Assembly (NCBI GenBank): GCA_002269645.1
Contig: NIVC01000919.1
Location: forward strand, 1-32,629
Origin: Macrostomum lignano
Lineage: Eukaryota
DNA: 32,629 nt
Reading direction: 5' to 3'
Shown here: piece by piece, positions 1 to 12,000 of the stretch
How positions within the stretch are numbered: the stretch's first letter is position 1
Layout of the letters: each line of letters opens with the position of its first letter
Translations under genes and position numbers: made by a program
Notes under the pieces: generated by a model
The model's input: the letters and a program-made list of their open reading frames with translations, nothing else
Told to the model about the DNA's origin: nothing
Databases searched by the model: none

Positions 1-1055
1 TTTCTGCTGACTTATCTCATTTTATTTATATTCTAACATATGAGAATTATACTTAGAATAAAAAAATTATTTTTGTTTAAATATACTTTAAAATGTCTTA
101 TAACAACCTTTCAAATTAAAGTTGCACCCTATTGGAATTAATGTTGAAAACTTGCGGATGGCACTTTAGAAAGAGTCAAATTATTTTATTGCACTTTTGG
201 ATTATTAGAAATCATTTTGTCAAAATCAAAAATTTGCTAACTTTCCAAAATCATAATTGAATTTTTTGAAATCAAAATTCAGAAAAACAAAGTTTAGTAT
301 GACCAAAACTCACTTTTTTTACTCTTGATTTACTGCTTATCCAAAACTAAATACATAAATAGCAGCAAATTAGTTTTTATTTTAGCTACTCTTTTACACA
401 TTTCCAAAATTTTGATTTCTGAATTTTTTTCAAAATCAAAATTCACTCTAAAACCAAATTTTGGAAAATCAAAATCAAAATTTTGAAAATAACTCTAGCA
501 TTATATGAGAAATTACAAGTGTATAAGTCCCTTCCACAAAGGTATTAGACCCTCTTTGATGTAATATATTTAATTGCTAGAGCAGCAGCCAGCAGGAAAA
601 GGGCAGCATGCTTGCACTGCGCTTAAGAAAAATTTCAAAAGTACGCCAGATGCCATCTGCAATTTTACAACTTTTTTCCTATAGGGTAGTTGCATAATCA
701 ATATAAATACTCATGCAAAACTCTTGTACTTCTAATTAATTTTTTTAATATCATTTTAATATCTAGTTTAGATAGTAGTCTAGCTTATATTGTACTAAGT
801 ACAAGTAGAATTGTACTTGTACTTGTAAGAACTTATAGATTATACTTGTACTAGAAAGAAAATCCATCTTTGGTTATGGTATGCCATTAAAATGTAAATT
901 TTTTATGTTTTGAAATGGTCATTAACTTATTTAACCCAAAGCGATTATTCAAAAAAGTTTTTAAAGATACCAAATTACATAATACAAGTACATTAGTATT
1001 TAATATAAATAATAAAACTTAATTGAGAATCTGCTAAATTATGCATAGTCCTTAC

Positions 1056-1072
1056 ATATATATATATATATA
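1056..1072. repeat. (AT)n microsatellite
   Basis: Perfect ATATAT run read directly. Confidence 0.9.
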
Positions 1073-1241
1073 TTAACATGTACATGGACTTGATTAACCA
1101 TCTGTTAGTGCAAAAAATCTGGGAAAGATAGTAAAGATCACTGGGAAAGGTCCAACTAAAATGCTTATACAAAGACCAAATTGGCAGCCAAAATGACTTT
1201 TGCACAAATATTAGTAGACAATGTAGCAGATAGCAGATGAA

Positions 1242-1598
1242 GGGGCTGTAACCTTGCGGTAGCGAAGCTGCTTTGGTATGCCAGCAAGCCAGGCTCGATT
1301 CCAAATGCAGTCACATTCATTTGGGGCTGAATTGGAATCTTGGCTTGGCTATGCTTGTGCAATTAATGGCCTTGAGAGCCAACCCCCCAAGGCGCAGTGA
1401 AGTGAAGTGTATATGCCTAACAATAATATAAAGTTAGAGCCGCTGTACACTCCTGTGTGTGCCTGCGTATGTATCTGCATGCTTGTATGCCTGCTCAGGG
1501 GAGTTGGCAGAATGGGCAGTAATGCCTTTTGCCAGTGTGTGCCAATGTTGCTTAAAGTGTGCCAGGGTGCATACAACCCGCCTGCCTCTAAAAAAAAA
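1242..1598 (+). mobile_element. tRNA-derived SINE, family 1, copy A (CpG-eroded)
   Basis: tRNA-like head with A-box-like TAACCTTGCGGT and B box GGCTCGATTCC (1292-1302). It aligns over its full length with 24085-24434 and ends in an A9 tail (1590-1598). Confidence 0.85.
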
Positions 1599-1807
1599 GT
1601 TTCAGATAAAATGACTATGAACTTATTATATATTATATATGTTTTATAAATAATTTATAATTTGAAGTTTGTTTAAATTATAATGATTAGGAATAAAGCC
1701 TGACATTTATTATATGCACTTAATCTATTATATAAGTAGTTATAATGTTTTACAGTTTTGGCACTTTGCTATATAAAACAAAAGATAATATAAATTTGAA
1801 TTTAGCA

Positions 1808-2005
1808 TACGAGGGGTGTCCCAAAAGTTCCCGGAATGTCTAACGTAGCTCTTCAACAGAGCCATGAAATTTCACGCCCATGGTGTCAAATGAAAGGAAA
1901 TTTTGTCACAAAGAATACAAAGTTAAAATCATGTTGATATCTTTTTTTATTCAAGAGCTACAGCAAGAAACGTGCGCAAAGGTCAGGGTAGTGTTACACA
2001 ACCTC
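1808..2005 (+). mobile_element. Tc1/mariner-like terminal fragment or MITE remnant
   Basis: TA followed by CGAGGGGTGTCCCAAAAGTTCCCGG, resembling mariner-type TIRs (TA-CGAGGG...AAAAGT). The subterminal GGTGTCAAATGAAAGG also resembles such elements. No convincing second TIR was found, so the right end is a guess. Confidence 0.5.
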
Positions 2006-3690
2006 AACAATCTATGGCAATAATTTTTTCATCTTAAAAATAAAAGTGCTATATGAATCAATATAATATAATTATTAGCTTGTTATTGTTTGCAACATTA
2101 ATATCAATCATAGAGTTGAGAGAATGAATTTCTGCTTTTCAAATCCTGAAGAATTTGGCTAGTTACCAATGGGCAACCAAAAATAGCAATTGGCTACTAG
2201 ATTTTGAGCCTCAATTATAGTCCAGATCATGCTAGGTGCATGCCTAAACAAAAATTGAATAATTATAAATGCACACCAAAAAATTGAGTGCAGGCCCATT
2301 CTCAAAACTACATTGGTGTTGCAACAATAAAGGACCTTTTTTACATTGTGACAATAAATAGGGGCCTAACCTTTTTTTAATTGTGTAATGGAACTTTTTT
2401 GGTAAATAAAATAATAAGGTTAATTTTTATGCAATTTTTTAGCAATACTATTTACACCAAAAATTTATACATGCAAAGATTTGTTTAAATGCTTTATTAC
2501 AAGCTTAAAAACATAGAAAGCTTAAAATTTATGCTTAAAATGAACTTTTTTCGATTTTACAATAACTTTGTATGATTCTATAAAGTGTACACTAGGTGTA
2601 CATGCATACTATTTTCTTAGGAGTAATATAGGCCAACTATGCATGTTTACTTTTGGTGTATAGGGTCAATGCATGCCTGAATTTTTGGGTATATACTATA
2701 TGATCTAGAGTGTAGAGCCCTAAGGGCTAGTTGGCAACTAGATTTTTAACCTTAAAAGACCTAGACTTAGAATCATATTTGTAATTATTTAATTTTTATT
2801 CTGGCGTATACCTAGCATGATATAGTCTATGGATTCTATAGTACATTTTGGCAATTTTAAATAAGTAAAGATTTTTTTATAAAAATATTAATATTTTTTA
2901 TTTTTAAACCAAATAATTAGGCCTTAATAAGGTAAGCACTTTTAATGTTTATAATAACATAGTATATCTATTTTGTTATGAACAAAACTGAATTAAAAGT
3001 TTTCAAAATCTCATTGAAGTCCCTACTTTTAGATTTTGCTATATAGGCCCTATCTTAACTTGTTATATGCATGTTATATGCATGCCTATGGCGAAATCCA
3101 AAAGGTGGGATAAAATGGTAAAACAAATTTACAGACATTCAATGGAAAGTAATGTATCTAAAAAATGTTTTTGAAAGATAGATAGGTCTTTAGAAAATAG
3201 TTCTAGATAAAAACTATTGTTTTCATGCTTTATATTGTTGAATAAATAAGGAAAAAAACACAAAAAAGCATTTTAAAAGTCCGAGTTGACCAATTTGCAA
3301 TTTTTTATTTTACTTTTTCATTATTAAACAATTAATTTTAAGACTTGTAGGCCTTAGAGAAGGCTAATTTTTTTACTACTTACAAAACAGAAAGTAATCT
3401 CTGTTTTACTTTTTATTAATTCAAAAAGATGAAGTATTTCTAAGGATTTCAAAGTTTTTCTAAAACCATATAAACTCGCGAAAATTCATACTAATATAAA
3501 GTGCAAAGTTTGCCAGCAAACATCTTTCTCTTAAAGTAAATATATCGCTAATTCCTTGTTGCAAAATAATATTTAAGTTGTTTTCTTTCATTTAAATATC
3601 AACTTGCATAGTATTAGTATTTGTAATATGCCTATATTTAGACTTCAAAATTTTGGGCAAAAAATGGTACCACAAAATGTGAATCCAGCA

Positions 3691-4207
3691 TCCAAATCAG
3701 ATGCTTACTGTATGCTCATTAAGTGACGAAGAACAATGAAATTACACTAAAACATGTATCATCGGGGCGTGTATGCAGGAAAAAAAGAATTTTCCAAATT
3801 GCTTTAGTAGAAGCTGAGTAAAATGCAATTTTCCAATCCTTATGGGAATTCCAATGTGTTACCCGGCTTCCAAATCAGATGCTTACTATATGCTCATTAA
3901 GCGACGAAGAACAATGAAATTACACTAAAACATGTATCATTGCGGCATGTATGCAGGAAATAAAGAATTTTCCAAATTGCTTTAGTAGAAGCTGAGTAAA
4001 ATGCAATTTTCCAATCCTTATGGGAATTCCAATGTGTTACCCGGCTTCCAAATCAGATGCTTACTGTATGCTCATTAAGCGACGAAGAACAATGAAATTA
4101 TACTAAAACATGTATCATTGCGGCGTGTATGCAGGAAAAAAAGAATTTTCCAAATCACTTTAGTAGAAGCTGAGTAAAATGCAATTTTCCGATTCTTACA
4201 GGAATTT
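3691..4207. repeat. Tandem triplication of a 178-bp unit (about 2.9 copies)
   Basis: TCCAAATCAGATGCTTACT starts at 3691, 3869 and 4047 (period 178). The copies are highly similar. Confidence 0.95.
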
Positions 4208-5422
4208 GTATATTTAAATAATAAACTTACGTTGAATACAATTTATTGCAAACGAACTCTACAAAATACACGTTGTCAAGAGTAACAAAAGTGATAAACA
4301 AATAAACCCTTGAAAATAATGTTAAATATGTTGTAGAATTATAGAGTGTAACATTATAAGATAGTTAAAGTTAATAAAATACATTATTATAGCTTTTCTA
4401 GCATTTCATTCGACTCATTTTAGGTCATAATTAAACTTACTGTTTCAACAAATCATTTTATTAAAAATAAAGCTATACAAAAATAATTTGTGCTTTAATA
4501 GACTTTTTTACCTTTTAAAAACTTGAATAAATTTATTTTATAGCTTTATTGCTTTCAAATTGCCAAAAAACGAATTTTCATAAAACTTGCCCCCGATTTT
4601 TGGATTTCACCCTATGTATTTATCGCATCATATCTTGTTTTTTGCTAATGATAGGCCTATGATGCAAAATTGCATCCAAGGTCTAATTTTAGATACAATT
4701 TAGAAAGTAAAGATGCTAACTATATTTTAATAGCATAAAACACATTGGTCATATCATATTATAGCATAGGCCTATGGCTATAGGTATAGCATGCAAAATT
4801 AGCTTGCTATCCATATATTCTAGTAATATGCCTAACCCTAAAGGCACAAAAAACTAGGGCCTAGTTAAAACCAATGCAAATAGTGATACTGACTAGGCTT
4901 ATTATTATAAGAAGCTGACTTATTTTTGTATTGACTATTGACTAGACTAGTCTCATGTATTTGGTAAATTTTAAAGTTTAGGCTAAACGTGGGTTCATAA
5001 AAAATCATTTGAAAGTTACAAAAAGTCAATATTTTTTCAATGTGACTGTAAAGAAGACTTACAATTATCCTTTTTAGATACGAAATTGAATATTAGTAAG
5101 AAATATTAAATAGTAAATAGGCCTACAAGTGAAGAAAAAATAAGTAGTGGCGACGTGTTCTTCCTTCGACGCCCTATTTTTTTCATAAGTGGGAATTTTG
5201 TTAAAAAACAAAATAAAACAAATTTCTCAGACATTTGCAAAAAATAGTTTATTACTACTTTATGTAAACTGAAGAAAATGTGTTAATTTATTTTTACGGC
5301 AAGATAACAGCGGTCTGTCTCGCACAAATATTCTTAGGAAGTTTGTGCCAATATCCATATTCCGGTTCAATAAAATCAACTGTACATATTTTTCAATTTT
5401 CTAGTAGTACTAAAGTCTGAAG

Positions 5423-5632
5423 CAGGTACTACGGATCCAGAAAATTTGGAACGGGGATGCGCAGATTACTAAGGTACACGAATATGTATATGATGTATAC
5501 GTATATGTGCACGATAAGTGTATCCCTACCTATAAAAATCTAAATTTTTTCCATATAAAAAGAAAAAATTCTAACTCGACGGGGGGTGCGCGCCCTGTTC
5601 GCCCCGCCGGCCGCCCCATAAATCTGCCACTG
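5423..5632. mobile_element. Non-autonomous hAT-type DNA transposon (MITE), 210 bp
   Basis: Exact 8-bp direct repeat GTCTGAAG at 5415-5422 and 5633-5640. Ends are CAG...CTG (left CAGGTACTACGGATCC; reverse complement of right CAGTGGCAGATTTA), with G/C-rich subtermini. An 8-bp TSD is characteristic of hAT. Confidence 0.8.
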
Positions 5633-7128
5633 GTCTGAAGTTGTATCTTAGGGAGAAAAACAAGTATTTCGAAGACATGCACCTCAGAATGTTCACAGAT
5701 TAAGGTACTGTACGTGTACGCACCTATAAATAAATTACATGCAGAGTTGCGCCTGCCTTCAGAGCTTTCTAATGCATGCACGCAAAGTCTGGTGTTGGCC
5801 CCTCTGTAAATTATTTTAGAAATAATATTGAATTGGAAATCACATGGAATTACGCTTCAAATCTAAGTAAAATTTATTATTTTTTGCTTGAAACTTGTAT
5901 ATTGTACACGCGTGTAAAATCTGTAAGACTGGTAAAATTAAGCACTCAGCATCTTAAGTTGCATTTTTCTGATCAGTGATCACAAGTGCGATCGTTGCGA
6001 TAAGCGCTAGAAGCACTTGGGTGCATTTGGATTGGTAGCTGAGCCAATTCATATAGTGGGTTCTGCGAGTCGCACGCCCAAAGGTCCTGTGGGCCATGGC
6101 CGGCCTTCAATCATTTTTCTTTCTTTTCATCGATCATGCACGCCATCTCTGAAATTTCAAACGAAGAATGAGATTGTTCATTCAACCTCATCCAGCCAGA
6201 CCCTTCCCGTCCCCCGTCACAATATTTGACTGTATGAGCGCATGAGCATTGCAGCTTCGGCTGAGCAGCAAGGACTGAGCGGCAGCAGAACAGCGTGTGC
6301 TCCGCAGGAAGTCAAATCTTTCCGCTTAAATGGACGACGTCACACAGCCAAGGACTCATTTCAGAGCTGAGGAGAGACCGTCAAGGTTTTTTGGATTTAA
6401 ACATTGAAAGACTCAGCCAGGAGTTTACGTGCGTAGCGAGCTCTCACCTGCCAGACCTCGGCCATCTTGAGTCCTTCAGCAGCTGCTTCCGTCTTTCAAT
6501 CTGCTCCTATCCTATAATAATATTAACCGCGCTCTCAGCTTCTGGCCTGGAGCTACCCTCAATCATTGCTTAGTCTTCACTCACTATACGAATGGCGTGA
6601 GCCTGGCGGTTTCAAACTGGGAGTTAGATATTTCATTGAAAACGGTCACAAAAGCTCGAAAATTCTCTGAATTCACAAATCCGCCCCGGATGACGGATGA
6701 CAGGCGTCACCTTGGAGCGATGGAATCAGAAACTTTGATACAGCAATAATCATAATCGATTAAGCCCACTGGTTCTCAATTGCACGCACTTTGGATTTAT
6801 CCGTTTTTGTTATTATTCGATTGGAAGCTTCGAGTGCAAACTTGACTGTTAGTTTTTTGTCAGCCAGCGAATTGCAGAAATGCGGGATTCTAATGAGCAT
6901 GCATGCAGGCAGCAGCAGCAGCAGCAATTCTAGCTGATGGCAGAAGAGAGAGTTGGGACCATGCATGCAGGACAGTTCAATCAATAAAAAGCGATCCAGT
7001 ATGCTGAATCGTTCACTGCCATGCAGTATGGTGCGGCCGAGAGGCAAACCCAGCACCACACCCCTCTTTTTCTCCCTCATCCTGCACGCTTCACATCCGC
7101 AATTAGCCTCGCGAAAGGGACTCAGAAA

Positions 7129-7170
7129 TAGCAGCGGCAGCAGTAGCAACGCCAGCAGCAGCAGCAGCAA
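7129..7170. repeat. Imperfect (CAG)n microsatellite (a shorter run lies at about 6907-6924)
   Basis: agcagcggcagcagtagcaacgccagcagcagcagcagca read directly. Confidence 0.75.
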
Positions 7171-9099
7171 TATAGCGGCCAGCCAAATTCTAAGCGTTTC
7201 CCTCAGTCAGCTGCACAAATGCTCTCCTTGATGACCAGCTAACCCTCAAAAACATCCATCTCTAAGCTAGTACCCCCCCCCCTGCGTTGGGCGGCTGAAT
7301 AGCCTCAACCCACTAAACAGACTCTTCACTCCTGCAGCGCCGTCTCATTCTCTCGTTTCTACCCCCGATAATTCCTGACGAATAGTTTAGTTTATATGCC
7401 GCTTTCAGGCCCCTCCAACGCTTTGAGAGACCACGACGCGGAAGGATTGAGAGGTACGAGGCAGCTGTGTCATTAGGCTTGATCAAATTACTCATAATAT
7501 ATGGCTCTCCCCCCAGATGAAGCATAGGAGATGCTGCCCGCTTGAGCTGGTTACTGGCTTTCTGAGTCCTGGTATTAGCCGTCGCGGTATCCATATAGAA
7601 ACGGAGTCCTGGAGACTGCCAGCCCTTACCCGCGTTTCTGATTTGAGCACAGAATTTTGTCAGCGAAGCCTCACGGAAACAACGTTGAAGAGCCTGCCTG
7701 ATTAATCTCGTAGACACCTGATTTGATTATAGGCTGTCAGTCTTATAGCTAGCGTGTATTTGAAACACTTTTAATCATATTGTTACCTAGCAATAGCTTG
7801 TATGACTTCCATACGTCCATTGTTAACCTTGTCTGCGTGTCTGTCTACCAAGCACAGTCCAGACAGCGCCTCCTCAGACTTCCTGGCCATGATAGCCAAC
7901 CTAGAAACCGCACAGTACTCACCGCATCAATTGGACCCACTTCAGGTTTGGCGATCAATTAATTGTATACAAGAGCCAAGAGAAGGAGAGAAAGTAGACA
8001 AAGAGGGCAAATAGCGAATGCACACATGGACTATGAAGAGAACCCGACGGGGTGATGACGGATAACTTGGCTTGCATAAGAGCGAAGCGTTGGCAATCAG
8101 CAGCCCCTCAACAGACGCAACTGTCCCCACACGCAAAGAATACGATCTCAAATGATTACAAAGCCTCATCTCTCAATCCAGCCCGCAGCTGCCGGGCCCT
8201 GTTGTTGTTGCTTGCTGTCAAAAATTAACGGTTTCGGTTGAGTTGTCGTTTAAAAAACTGGGGGGGGGGAGGGGCGCTGCTCAAACACGCCCGCACCCGA
8301 TGTGCAGCTGGGTAGAATAGCTGCAGACCGCATGCACAGCACGCCACCTTGCCAATGGTGCGGAGGAGGGGGTCTGGCGGTAGCCAAGCCCAACGGGTCC
8401 GACAGCTAATATAGCCCCGAGCGATTACGTAATAACTCGATGTTGCGAGGCCTGCATGCAGTGGCGGGGTGGCTGTCTTTGCATGCTGTTTTGGCGCTTT
8501 GGCGTTTGGTGCGGGCTCGGAGCGATCCGGGCGGCATGGCGTCCGCGCTTGAATTCCCTTTGCCACATGGCCCTCCTCGAGTCCCCGCCCTCACGCATGA
8601 GTGACGGGCTTGTGACTGAACTAAAAGAAGAAGCCTGCCAGCCAGAAGCAATTTGCAGGCCGGAGCAAGACTTTAGAACCGAATTTCAATTCTTTCGAAG
8701 CGGCGCGAGAAAACCCAGCCAATTTCCGCGGCGATCCCGCCACTGCCGGCAACAAACAAATCAACGCGCTCGATTGGATATTGCAGTAGCCGCTGTGACA
8801 GCTGCTCTGACGGCTTAATAACCAATTTAAAAGCCATTGAGCAGCGCCGGAATGGTGATGTAACCGAGTGAAGACCAGCCTATTATTTCATTTGGTGTCT
8901 GTTGACCGACAGATCGCTCCTAATAAACACAGAAACAGCAAAGACCGGATAATTCCGTTATTTTCAGTTCAACCCCTGTTTGCTCAGTAGCTTCAGCTAT
9001 GCTGGTATTTATCGATCTGGAATGTGAAAAATCAATATTATCCTGCATCAATTTGATAATTGAAAATTGTATCAGAAAATTCATCAGAAACATGAATTC

Positions 9100-12000
9100 T
9101 CATTCCACCCTTCCTACGTGCTTCAGGCTGCCTCATTCCACCTCCACCCCATACTTCAGACTGAATCATTCCGCCTCCACCCCATGCTTCAGGCTGAATC
9201 ATTCCACCTCCACCCCATGCTTCAGACTGAATCATTCCGCCTCCACCCCATGCTTCAGACTGAATCATTCCACCTCCACCCCATGCTTCAGGCTGCCTCA
9301 TTCCGCCTCCGCCCCATGCTTCAGGCTGCCTCATTCCACCTCCACCCCATGCTTCAGACTGAATCATTCCACCTCCACCCCATGCTTCAGACTGAATCAT
9401 TCCGCCTCCACCCCATGCTTCAGACTGAATCATTCCACCTCCACCCCATGCTTCAGGCTGCCTCATTCCGCCTCCAACCCATGCTTCAGGCTGCCTCATT
9501 CCGCCTCCAACCCATGCTTCAGGCTGCCTCATTCCGCCTCCACCACATGCTTCAGACTGAATCATTCCGCCTCCGCCCCATGCCTCAGACTGAATCATTC
9601 CGCCTCCACCACATGCTTCAGACTGAATCATTCCGCCTCCGCCCCATGCCTCAGACTGAATCATTCCGCCTCCGCCCCATACTTCAGACTGAATCATTCC
9701 GCCTCCGCCCCATGCCTCAGACTGAATCATTCCGCCTCCGCCCCATGCCTCAGACTGAATCATTCCGCCTCCGCCCCATGCTTCAGACTGAATCATTCCG
9801 CCTCCGCCCCATGCCTCAGACTGAATCATTCCGCCTCCAACCCATGCTTCAGACTGAATCATTCCGCCTCCACCCCCATGCTTCAGGCTGCCTCATTCCG
9901 CCTCCAACCCATGCTTCAGACTGAATCATTCCGCCTCCGCCCCATGCCTCAGACTGAATCATTCCGCCTCCGCCCCATGCTTCAGACTGAATCATTCCGC
10001 CTCCACCCCCATGCTTCAGGCTGCCTCATTCCGCCTCCAACCCATGCTTCAGACTGAATCATTCCGCCTCCGCCCCATGCTTCAGACTGAATCATTCCGC
10101 CTCCGTCCCATGCTTCAGACTGAATCATTCCGCCTCCGCCCCATGCCTCAGACTGAATCATTCCGCCTCCGCCCCATGCTTCAGACTGAATCATTCCGCC
10201 TCCGCCCATGCCTCAGACTGAATCATTCCGCCTCCGCCCCATGCTTCAGGCTGCCTCATTCCGCCTCCACCCCATGCTTCAGGCTGCCTCATTCCGCCTC
10301 CACCCCATGCTTCAGACTGAATCATTCCGCCTCCACCCCCATGCTTCAGGCTGCCTCATTCCGCCTCCAACCCATGCTTCAGACTGAATCATTCCGCCTC
10401 CACCCCCATACTTCAGACTGAATCATTCCGCCTCCACCCCATGCTTCAGGCTGAATCATTCCGCCTCCACCCCATGCTTCAGGCTGCCTCATTCCACCTC
10501 CAACCCATGCCTCAGACTGAATCATTCCGCCTCCGCCCCATACTTCAGACTGAATCATTCCGCCTCCGCCCCATGCCTCAGACTGAATCATTCCGCCTCC
10601 GCCCCATGCTTCAGACTGAATCATTCCGCCTCCACCCCATGCTTCAGACTGAATCATTCCGCCTCCGCCCCATGCTTCAGGCTGCCTCATTCCGCCTCCA
10701 ACCCATGCTTCAGACTGAATCATTCCGCCTCCACCCCCATGCTTCAGGCTGCCTCATTCCGCCTCCAACCCATGCTTCAGACTGAATCATTCCGCCTCCA
10801 CCCCCATGCTTCAGGCTGCCTCATTCCGCCTCCAACCCATGCTTCAGACTGAATCATTCCGCCTCCACCCCATGCTTCAGGCTGCCTCATTCCGCCTCCA
10901 ACCCATGCTTCAGACTGAATCATTCCGCCTCCACCCCCATGCTTCAGGCTGCCTCATTCCGCCTCCAACCCATGCTTCAGACTGAATCATTCCGCCTCCA
11001 CCCCATGCCTCAGACTGAATCATTCCGCCTCCACCACATGCTTCAGACTGAATCATTCCGCCTCCGCCCCATGCCTCAGACTGAATCATTCCGCCTCCGC
11101 CCCATACTTCAGACTGAATCATTCCGCCTCCGCCCCATGCCTCAGACTGAATCATTCCGCCTCCGCCCCATGCCTCAGACTGAATCATTCCGCCTCCGCC
11201 CCATGCTTCAGACTGAATCATTCCGCCTCCGCCCCATGCCTCAGACTGAATCATTCCGCCTCCAACCCATGCTTCAGACTGAATCATTCCGCCTCCACCC
11301 CCATGCTTCAGGCTGCCTCATTCCGCCTCCAACCCATGCTTCAGACTGAATCATTCCGCCTCCGCCCCATGCCTCAGACTGAATCATTCCGCCTCCGCCC
11401 CATGCTTCAGACTGAATCATTCCGCCTCCACCCCCATGCTTCAGGCTGCCTCATTCCGCCTCCAACCCATGCTTCAGACTGAATCATTCCGCCTCCGCCC
11501 CATGCTTCAGACTGAATCATTCCGCCTCCGTCCCATGCTTCAGACTGAATCATTCCGCCTCCGCCCCATGCCTCAGACTGAATCATTCCGCCTCCGCCCC
11601 ATGCTTCAGACTGAATCATTCCGCCTCCGCCCCATGCCTCAGACTGAATCATTCCGCCTCCGCCCCATGCTTCAGGCTGCCTCATTCCGCCTCCACCCCA
11701 TGCTTCAGGCTGCCTCATTCCGCCTCCACCCCATGCTTCAGACTGAATCATTCCGCCTCCACCCCCATGCTTCAGGCTGCCTCATTCCGCCTCCAACCCA
11801 TGCTTCAGACTGAATCATTCCGCCTCCACCCCCATACTTCAGACTGAATCATTCCGCCTCCACCCCATGCTTCAGGCTGAATCATTCCGCCTCCACCCCA
11901 TGCTTCAGGCTGCCTCATTCCACCTCCAACCCATGCCTCAGACTGAATCATTCCGCCTCCGCCCCATACTTCAGACTGAATCATTCCGCCTCCGCCCCAT

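Larger units (their letters stand above)
1..5950. other. AT-rich, CpG-depleted compositional domain (open at the left edge of the window)
   Basis: Sampled lines are roughly 20-30% GC (line 1 has 13 G+C in 60 nt), with very few CG and abundant TA/CTAG. CG-rich, ~45-50% GC sequence resumes by about 5980. The right boundary is approximate. Confidence 0.85.

Noticed and set aside
1-5950. AT-rich block as contaminant, organellar insertion or horizontally acquired DNA
   Set aside because: It has no coding capacity or organellar genes, and it contains a host SINE family shared with the rest of the window.
6000-8900. Numerous 60-136 aa ORFs
   Set aside because: No domain motifs or consistent exon chain. 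Ser/Leu/Gln runs come from CAG microsatellites.
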